A DNA stretch of 64,000 nt from Trypanosoma brucei (Eukaryota), in the NCBI GenBank assembly GCA_000002445.1, contig CP000066.1, forward strand, positions 320,001-384,000, written 5' to 3'. The position numbers were made by a program, and so were the translations under genes. The notes beneath the pieces are model-generated. The model ran no database searches and was not told the origin of the DNA. It saw only the letters and a program-made list of their open reading frames with translations. Below are positions 55,630 through 64,000 of this stretch, one piece after another; positions within the stretch are counted from its first letter, which is position 1, and each line of letters opens with the position of its first letter.

Positions 55630-58600
55630 AAATATATGCATATAAATATTAAAACTATTATATTTATGATGAGATACATGGGTTTTTTTAATACCGTCGG
55701 AAAAATTAATCAAATGTTTCTGTTTCAATATGTGCTTCCCTTTGGATGGCATAAAATATAATGGGGGGTGTGCAAGGTGTAATGTAAACATTTTTAGTTT
55801 TCGCTGTGGTGGCAGATGCTTACATATATTAAAATGATTTTATCGTTTCAGTGCCTAAGCCGTTTCTGCTTTGATGTCGGTGAGTGCCGAGCGAATTCGC
55901 GGATGATGTGCTGTACGAGTGGGGGATTACGTAAATAATTGATTTTTCGACTTATGTAAAGAAACGTATTTCGACATGCTTAAGATATTTTAAGTTAGGG
56001 AAATGTATACCCTTAAATGCATGCGGAGAGCGGCGGCAGGTGCTGTCGTCCACATTTTCCACAACGCTGAATACGACAGTACAGGCGAAAAAATTGCGAC
56101 AACATTCGTGAAGTGGGGGACTTGTATGTAAAGGTCCGAGAATTAAAAAAGTGTGGGTAAGCTTATGCAGATTAGGTCCCGAGTCCCCGTGACTCCTTTT
56201 CTATCAAATCTAGTGCATGCTGCGAGGACACCTTTTTGAGGTACTCCGACGCTGCGTTTTTAACGTCATTAATATCATTTGGGAATTTGAGCAATGAGGT
56301 AAGCGGTTGAGTTAGTGGGTAAGAATATTGCTTACTGGTAAGTGTGTTCTTAGGTTCAACTTACCAAATCAGGTAGATGTTGCCGATGTGTATGCCGGAG
56401 GGAGGTGGAAATGCAAGAGAGGGAGCCACTTCATTATTACATTTTTCGCGGATATGCAAGACGGTCACCTGCAAAGAATTTTGCTACGCGACTGAAAACA
56501 GAGAAAACAGAGTGTGTATAGGCTGAAGTATCAAAAAGGGGAGGCAAGTTCCCAGGGGGTGTTCTAGTATAAATGGCCCGAAAATTGAGAAAAAAAAGAT
56601 CGGGTACTGATTATCCAGTTAATGGCCTAAGACTGCTTGTGGTTGAGGTGTCTGTGTTTTCCCTAATTCATTCTCCTCTGGAGATGCAAATAAATTCATG
56701 TTTGGTGGTGTACTATATGACCGAAAGTTGTGTTCTTTGAGAATAATAAGGCGGTTGTATGCGGCTTCGTTTATGAGGAGCCGTAACGATTTGGGGCGAC
56801 TCTCCGCGATGGAGCGATGAGGGAGTTCACCGCCACCCGAGGGGGTTTTGGTCGATTTTGGAGATTTTGTAACATTGGGGCAGGGGCGAGAGAGTACTGA
56901 GGATATGTTAAGTATCCTTTCTCATAATTTGACTTAAAAGCGAAGTCTTACGTGGGGAGGAACGAGAGGTTACGTTGAACTTGTGCGTGCTTCCAGTTAG
57001 TATTCTGCTGGCTGTGTGGATGCACAACTTGAACCTGACTTACTTTTACCATATGCGGGAGACGGCGTATTCATGTCGACGAAATGTGGTGGTATCTGGG
57101 TATTGATCATATTGCCCGTTTGGCGCATCTACGATAACAATAGTGATGAGAGAGGTGTGCTGATTGCGTACGATGGTGCAACGTTATTTCAGGGGCAGTA
57201 TCGAAGTTGTATAATTTCATGTGCAGGCGAGTAGGATTGCTGGGAAGGAGAGTTTGTGTATGGTGCGTGTGCGAGAGTAAGGGCTATACGGCACCATAGC
57301 GAACTAAAGTGACTGAACTTATTTTCTCATTTGGTGCAAGGTCGCAGCGCAAACCAGCCACGAGTGGCACTCCCATAATAGGCGGCTCGTCGATACGTCA
57401 TGTGTATACTTCCAGAAAAAGTGCTCGTGCGGAGTAAGCAAAAACGTCATGTATATGGTTAGTGTTCACACGTTGGGAGCACAGTGTTTTATACCGAGAA
57501 GATATGGGTAATATTGCATATACAGTGGGTTTTTTTTAGCAAAGTAAGGAGTAACTTAGCAAACGGGTTGTGTGAAATGGCGTCTTTTTTCGGTGATGCC
57601 ACAATCGTCTGTGATGGCGAGGGAGGGAGGGTTGACATCAACGTAACCAATGTGAGTGTCTTCTGGACTGATGTGAGGAGCAGTGGAGTTCTGCTATTTG
57701 GAAGGATAACGAATGACAGGTATATTAACGTTCACAGAGGTAGACTAGATGCCAGGCTGCTTCTATTTCTCGTTCCTTCCTCGTGGTGACCGCGCCGCCG
57801 TTCTGCCCACAAATATGCATTACGTGTAAGTGGTGGTAAAGAAAGGGGGGATTGTTTACCTATCCCTCATGAAAGGACGTGTTAAAGGCGAAATGGCTTC
57901 TCAAAAGTGCAGAGAATGTTTTCTAGGTGGAGCACCGTCTTTCTGAGAACCGCGAGCAAGGGCTCACCCAGTTTGGTCAAGTGTTGTCTGCTTCATTTTC
58001 TATGCTTTGGTGTACCTCGCCTTTACAGTTTGAGGTGAAAGGGGAACATAATTAACTTAACCGCCCCCGCTCATTTGCACTCTGACTTCCGCAGTATGTG
58101 TTGTTTCTGCGTGGGCGTAGAGGAGCTGTTAGGCGAGTGGTGCCTTCACATTACGGAGGGATGAAATAACGAATGACAGACTGCAGTTTGTTTTTAACGT
58201 AACATGCATCTTTCTTTAGGTAGCGGACGTTGAACCCGCAGAAAGTGTGTTATTGTGACGTTAGAGGAAGAGGCAAGTCAAAAGATAAGCGGATACTAAC
58301 TAAACACTTTCGAGGCCGCCTGCATGGATAAATGGATAAATCAAGAGAAACAACAGATAAAACACGAGAATTACCTTTTATCGCGCGTCGCTCCTGCAGT
58401 AGGACGACCTTCTTCAGAATTCCTGGGCACAACTGCTGTCAGTACGTCCAGCAGGCTAGCTCGGGAAGAAAACTTAACCATAGTCTTCAACATACGCGCA
58501 TAAGTTCCTTTTGATTAAACAACCGGGTGGGATGGTTTTCCATCGTTTCCAGTCTACCAAGGGCAAATAGAAAAGCGGCAGCACCGCATTCATAACGCGA

Positions 58601-59404
58601 TTCATGCAGTGAGGACTCCTTCCTCGCCATCCGCGGCATGCCTTTTATACAATAAGGATCGCGCGACTCCGTGCTGCCTCCGCAGCCAAATAATTTTATC
58701 GTCGGCACCGTTTTGGTTCTACAGGGAAGGAGTGCCAGGCTTCAAACAAGTGCGGACATTTTGTGTTTGGGAAAGTGCTTTGTACCCCCGTCCCACACCA
58801 CCACCACTTTATGATTGCAGCAGAAAACATTCTTGAGGGGCCCGCCCACCTAGTGTCGAAAGTTGAGGGAACAGCACTTTCTTTACTCCTTGTAACGGTT
58901 GCAATTCTGAATTTCCTTCCGGTAAGTGACCTAATGGTAACGGGCAAGGTGCTGTCGCTTTCCTTGCTGCACTGGAAGGTGTCGAAAAGGGGGTGTCCTT
59001 CCTGTTGTCGGCACAGAAGTGGCATGGGTGAAGGTGGAAACAAAATGTGGGGAGAAGTATCAAACTTCAGTCAAAGGGCCTGTGCGTTGTTTGCATTGGT
59101 GGTACACGATGCCTGGAAGGTAAAAAAAAAGCGGCACATCGCGATTGGGAGCACTACTTGACCATTTGCGGTGCGGCGTGTGTAACACTAAAATATAAAA
59201 CAGTGATCGTGGGTAAGCAACAAACGACTGAACAGATTTATTATCTGGCCTCGCCTACTTGTATGTTGTGGTCCCTCGCTTCTTTTCCAATGTTCTTACC
59301 CACTCATCACTTCATATCATGCGTGGCTGAGTGTGAATTTCCCTACGTTCTATTGATACTGTCTTTTTCATTCTCATGTAGTCGCGTGTGCGGGACGCGC
59401 AAAC
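55630..59404. other. ORF-poor 3.8-kb gap between the VSG-related gene and the LRR gene array. Candidate degenerate/pseudogenic or transcription-boundary region.
   Basis: No ORF above ~136 aa on either strand, in contrast with dense coding elsewhere. No obvious microsatellite. Mixed-composition sequence without long pyrimidine tracts. Confidence 0.3.
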
Positions 59405-60307
59405 TTGTTGGATCTGAAAATGACGAGTGCTTCAAAAAAATCAACGGAAGAAAATAGTGAGGAAGTGGAATGTACCAATAGCTCCAGGAAACGGCGGATG
59501 AGACAGAGGGAACGGAACATATACATCTCGGAATGCCATGGAATAAAGGAGCTATCGTCGCTCGTACGTCGCGGGTTCCAGCAGATAATGACGGCGAGAG
59601 GGTTGTTTATATCTGGGTGCCCTGATCTCGTAAAACTGGATGATGGGACCAGTGGGGAAGAAGAGGGGGGAGAATATTACAGGCAGCTGGAAGAAGTCCA
59701 AGTTAGCAGGTGCCCTCGACTCACCGATTTAAGCGGGTTGGGGAAGTGCAAGTACTTGAAGGTGGTTGATATTTCTGACTGCCGAAAACTGGAAAACATA
59801 GGGGAACTTAAAAGTTGTCGAACACTGGAGAAACTCGCGCTCTCACGGTGCACAGGCTTGGTGGATGTGAATTTGAGGGGATTTGGTAAGTTGTTATCTT
59901 TCGATATTTTCAAATGTGCGAACTTGACAAAGATATGCGGACTTTTCGGATGCCCCATACTAGAAACATTAACCGTTGAGGAGTGTGGAGACGTGAAAGA
60001 AATGGAGGTACGAACTATACGAGGACGGGTGGAAACGCTGAGAATTGCAGGGAAGAGGGCTATGGAAAATGTGGGATTTTTGTGCCTCTTCACCAATATG
60101 AAAAAGCTCGCACTATGTGGGTGTGTTGGGACTGTCGCGGAGGTACTCGGAGAGGAGGCCGGTGGGCTTCCCCGTCTAAAATGGTTGGAGTTGATTGGCA
60201 TCCGCATGGAAAGGCAAATGAAGGATAAGCCTGGAAATGGTGTTGCAGCGACTGAGGAAGGAAATAACGCTAAACGGGTATTACCAATGATTGTTCAGAA
60301 CGAATGA
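59405..60307 (+). CDS. Leucine-rich repeat protein (LRRP/ESAG8-like), short form.
   Basis: Tandem ~23-aa cysteine-containing LRRs (LxxLxLSxCxxLxDxxxLxxCxxL): VSRCPRLTDLSGLGKCKYLKVVDISDCRKLENIGELKSCRTLEKLALSRCTGL…. Confidence 0.5.
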   Translation: MLDLKMTSASKKSTEENSEEVECTNSSRKRRMRQRERNIYISECHGIKELSSLVRRGFQQIMTARGLFISGCPDLVKLDDGTSGEEEGGEYYRQLEEVQVSRCPRLTDLSGLGKCKYLKVVDISDCRKLENIGELKSCRTLEKLALSRCTGLVDVNLRGFGKLLSFDIFKCANLTKICGLFGCPILETLTVEECGDVKEMEVRTIRGRVETLRIAGKRAMENVGFLCLFTNMKKLALCGCVGTVAEVLGEEAGGLPRLKWLELIGIRMERQMKDKPGNGVAATEEGNNAKRVLPMIVQNE

Positions 60308-61469
60308 TCACCATCTTGACTAGCTGGTAAACTCATCGACAGTGATATGGGGCTGAAAACTATCACAGTCTCTCTTTGGAACAGCCTTTCTCGCACGCCA
60401 GATGGATATTACCACAGCGGGGTTTGTCATGTAATTACAGTGTGTATCTGAGTTTGAACGCGAGAATGGCCGGAAATTTTGTAGTTGTTGGTGTTTGTGG
60501 TTTCCTACGCAGGAAACCTTGTGATGGCGACAATTTCTTTAAACCAGTGCAAGTAGGCAGGAACACTGAACTGATTCAGTGCCACCTCAAAGTTGTTGAA
60601 AAGGTAGCCTGCGCCCAATAAGACCTTAAACAGACTTGCTATACGGTTCCTTTCGAAGTGGAAAACACGTTGTAGAGAGTAACTGTTAGTAAAAAAAAAC
60701 ACTATTACGAGATGACTAGGCGTGTGTGTGTGTGCAGGGGTGGTATTAAATTCTTATGTGTACTTGGGTGTTGTAGGTGTCTCTTATGGGAATTTCAAGA
60801 GTGGTCACTTGTTTGCCAGCGCGTGTGAGTGAGAAAAGGTTGTCGAGTGGGACGGCTTTTAAACTGCTTTATGAAAATGTGTATGTGGAAAAGTGTGCAT
60901 GGTGGGTAGTTGGTGCGATCCAACTTCAGGAAGTACCCGGTGACAATCAGCCATGTGGCGTGGGCGACCAAAAAAAACAAAGTTGGCAGATATTTTTTGT
61001 ACGTGGGGGAGTTGGGTTATGGAAAAAGCATATCATCAGCGCCATCGGGGGTTGGGAGGAGGCTGATAAAGTGAGAAGTGGGAGCGTTTAGGCTGTCTCC
61101 GGTGGTTTGTTTCACTTACAGTGGAAGTTGTCCGCCTTCTACCGATATTATGAGAGCCATGATAAACGCAGAGAAAGCAGTTGTCCCACCTATGCTTATA
61201 GGTACGTCGTTTCTATTGGCACACAACTGGAATACGTAAAGAGTTATGTGTTTTATAAACTCACGCGCATTTGTCGAGGAGATTGAAAAATTATGCAGAA
61301 AAGAAAACAGGGTAGTAATGTGTTGAATTTTATTCTGAAGACATACGTGTATGTCTACGACGGCTGTTAGTTGCGAAGAGCTGGTTGTTTTTCTCTGCTA
61401 TTGTCTCTGCTGCTTTACCTACCGTTTTTCCTTGATTTTCCTTGAAGCGTGTTAGGGAAAGTTCCATAG

Positions 61470-63920
61470 ATGGCAACACAGTTAAATAGTGATACGGTGA
61501 CAGACTCGTTTCCGAAAAGTGGGGAACAGCAATCGCGGTCAGACAGCGGGCTTGGTGAAAGGATGAACGCGGCAAGAAACAAAGGATGGAAAGAATTAGA
61601 TATATCCTATTTCAAGGAGGTGGAGGATGTGGGGAACCTCTGTGAAGTGGCAGGTTTGTTCTTGGAGGACCTAAACTTTAGCTGGTGCACGAACATCCGC
61701 ACAACTGGGTTGGAAAAAATATGCACAGTTGAGTGCTTTCCGAGTCTGCAAAGGCTGTATCTGAACGGCACAGGGACAAATGACAGATGCATCGACAAAC
61801 TCAGCCGTGGGAATCTAAGAGTTTTGGAGTGCGGGTATTGCAGAAACATTACGGACGTTAGGCCCCTTGAAAGGAATGAAACGCTGGAAGTACTTTCGCT
61901 TCGAGGGTGCCAGAACATCGTCCATGGGTTGGAGGATGTTTGCGGTCGGTGGCTAATAAATTTGAGAGAATTGTACTTGAGCGATATGGTAGCCGTCACG
62001 GATGCGTGCATAGAAGCTATCGGTAATAGTAAAAAAAGCCTGGTCCGCTTGGAATGTGAAAATTGTGAAAGAATCACAAACGTCAGTGCGTTGGGAAACG
62101 TCAAGACATTGAAGGTATTGTTGCTCAATCACTCCAAGAACATCGCAGAAGGAGTTTCTAATATCTTCGAAATATCGGAGCTTCAAGACTTAGGCTTCCG
62201 TGGTTTTGCTAAAATTACGCAAGTAAATTTGATGCCGTGGCAGCGTTGTGCGAGTTTAACAACCCTTGATCTCTCTGGATGCAAAAAAGTAACGAACTTG
62301 AATCTGGGTGGGGAGTGTAGAAAACTCGTGTGCCTTAAGCTTTCAGAGTGTCCGCAGCTGCGGGAAGTGGATATCACCGGGTGTGAAAGTTTGACTGCAC
62401 TAAATATTTCCGGACGTTGGCATCTTAAAGTTGTGAAATTGAATGGATGCAAGGAGTTGAAGTCGATTGATCTTTCCGTGTGTCCGCACCTTGAAGACGT
62501 ATATGGAGTATGCGACTGCAAAAACTTGGAAATTTTTAACCTTTGTTTTTGTTCACGACTCACAAAATTGGAACTGGTTGAGCTTGAAAAGTTAAAAATG
62601 TTGAATCTTTGCGGGTGTAAGGACCTTGAAGATATCGGAAGTCCAAGCAGGTGGGGCAAAAACTTGGTGGAGCTTAATGTTTCAATGTGCCGGAAGCTTA
62701 ACTACATGGATTTAAGCGGAAGAGTGAAGCTGGAGAAACTTAACCTTTCTCAATGCGACAGCCTTGTAGAGGTGAATTTAAGTGGGTGCCAAAACCTCTC
62801 TTCTTTACTTGATCTTTCAAACAGCAGGGAGCTCGAAATCTTGAATTTGTGCAACTGTGGGGAGTTGCCGGCGCTTAACGTTGACGGATGCGTGAATCTG
62901 CAAATACTGATTCTGAGCGGATGCCGCAGTCTGTCGACCATGAAACTTTCCGAATGCAACAACCTCAGGGAGACAGATTTTAGCGGCTGTGCGAAGTTGT
63001 CGGCTATCAAACTTTCCAGTAGAAGGGGGATAAAGTTAGTTAAATTGGACGGTTGTATAGATTTGATGTCTCTGGATTTGTCAGAGTGTGTGAGCCTTAA
63101 GGATTTGATTGGAGTAAGTGGCTGTACCCAACTCAAGTCACTCAATCTCTCAGGTTGCAGCAGGCTCGCTGATGTCGCCGCACTAAAGGACCTCAAGGGG
63201 CTGGTGAGGCTCAACCTTTCCAGGTTGGTGGAGGTTGTGGACCTGAGCATGCTGACTGGGCACGAGGATCTGGAGGAGCTCAACCTATCTCAATGTAACG
63301 CACTTGCCGATATAAGCGGACTGAAGGGCGAATGCTCGACAAAACTGATATCTTTGAATGTATCATGGTGCAGGAGCCTTTCGGCTATCTGTGTGCTGAG
63401 TGAGTGTTGCCGTAATTTGACCACGCTGGATATTTCAGGTTGCTGGAACCTCGATGATATGAGCGTGTTGGGGTCGTTAAAGAGCTTGAGTGTTCTTAAT
63501 CTTTCTTGGTGCAGTCAACTGACCGACATAAATATGTTAGCGGGTTTGAACTGCTTGGCTGTTCTTAACCTTTCTTGGTGCAATCAGCTGGTTGATGCGA
63601 GTGTAGTGAGCGAGTTGGAAAGTATAGCCATTCTTAACCTTTCATATTGTTGTGAATTAGCGCGTTTAAATTTGAGCGGATGCATAAAACTAAAGTGCCT
63701 TGATATCTGTGGATGCGTATCCCTCAAACATTTAACTGGATTACGCAAGTGCACGAATTTAGAATCACTCTTCGCTTGCGGATATCGCGACGCGGCAGAA
63801 GACGTTCGTGACGAGTTCCTGAACATTCCATGCTCCGCTACGTTACATATCGATGAAAGCACGGACCGGGAGGTAATACAGGAACTCATGGGTTGGGGTG
63901 TTAGAGTCAAAACAATCTGA
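61470..63920 (+). CDS. Leucine-rich repeat protein (LRRP/ESAG8-like), 816 aa, with ~28 cysteine-containing LRRs.
   Basis: Highly regular repeats across ~700 aa (…LNLSGCSRLADVAALKDLKGLVRLNLS…, …LDISGCWNLDDMSVLGSLKSLSVLNLSWCSQLTDINMLAGL…). No C-terminal RING seen. Confidence 0.65.
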   Translation: MATQLNSDTVTDSFPKSGEQQSRSDSGLGERMNAARNKGWKELDISYFKEVEDVGNLCEVAGLFLEDLNFSWCTNIRTTGLEKICTVECFPSLQRLYLNGTGTNDRCIDKLSRGNLRVLECGYCRNITDVRPLERNETLEVLSLRGCQNIVHGLEDVCGRWLINLRELYLSDMVAVTDACIEAIGNSKKSLVRLECENCERITNVSALGNVKTLKVLLLNHSKNIAEGVSNIFEISELQDLGFRGFAKITQVNLMPWQRCASLTTLDLSGCKKVTNLNLGGECRKLVCLKLSECPQLREVDITGCESLTALNISGRWHLKVVKLNGCKELKSIDLSVCPHLEDVYGVCDCKNLEIFNLCFCSRLTKLELVELEKLKMLNLCGCKDLEDIGSPSRWGKNLVELNVSMCRKLNYMDLSGRVKLEKLNLSQCDSLVEVNLSGCQNLSSLLDLSNSRELEILNLCNCGELPALNVDGCVNLQILILSGCRSLSTMKLSECNNLRETDFSGCAKLSAIKLSSRRGIKLVKLDGCIDLMSLDLSECVSLKDLIGVSGCTQLKSLNLSGCSRLADVAALKDLKGLVRLNLSRLVEVVDLSMLTGHEDLEELNLSQCNALADISGLKGECSTKLISLNVSWCRSLSAICVLSECCRNLTTLDISGCWNLDDMSVLGSLKSLSVLNLSWCSQLTDINMLAGLNCLAVLNLSWCNQLVDASVVSELESIAILNLSYCCELARLNLSGCIKLKCLDICGCVSLKHLTGLRKCTNLESLFACGYRDAAEDVRDEFLNIPCSATLHIDESTDREVIQELMGWGVRVKTI

Positions 63921-64000
63921 GACCGGCATGATTGCTCGCCAGGTGGTGTAAGCAGTTGTGTGGCCGAAGCTGATCTTTACACATTTTTTTTGCGCGCGGC

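Overview
This window reads as a nuclear chromosome-internal segment from a kinetoplastid, most likely Trypanosoma brucei. GC is about 48–50%. Pyrimidine-rich tracts precede every ORF, and (TA)n/(GT)n microsatellites are abundant. All convincing genes lie on the + strand as one polycistronic unit of roughly 20 genes, and there is no prokaryotic operon or defence-island structure. Recognisable genes include ATP synthase F1 beta, ribosomal protein S25, a C5-cytosine DNA methyltransferase with every catalytic motif, alpha-tubulin N-acetyltransferase, an ER-type DnaJ and a meiotic-clade AAA ATPase. Also present are a CorA-like Mg2+ channel, an RRM+CCCH protein, a UTP4/cirhin-like WD40 protein, a VSG-related surface-protein gene and two ESAG8-like leucine-rich-repeat protein genes. 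The observations most worth follow-up are: (i) two adjacent large paralogues that each end in the GATOR2/SEA-type RING zinc finger; (ii) a 3,629-aa giant protein with a C-terminal kelch propeller; (iii) a BRCT-like domain fused to a fidgetin/katanin-type AAA ATPase; (iv) a VSG-related gene followed by a 3.8-kb ORF-free gap and then the LRR gene array. Every domain assignment was made by eye from the supplied translations, and no database search was possible.
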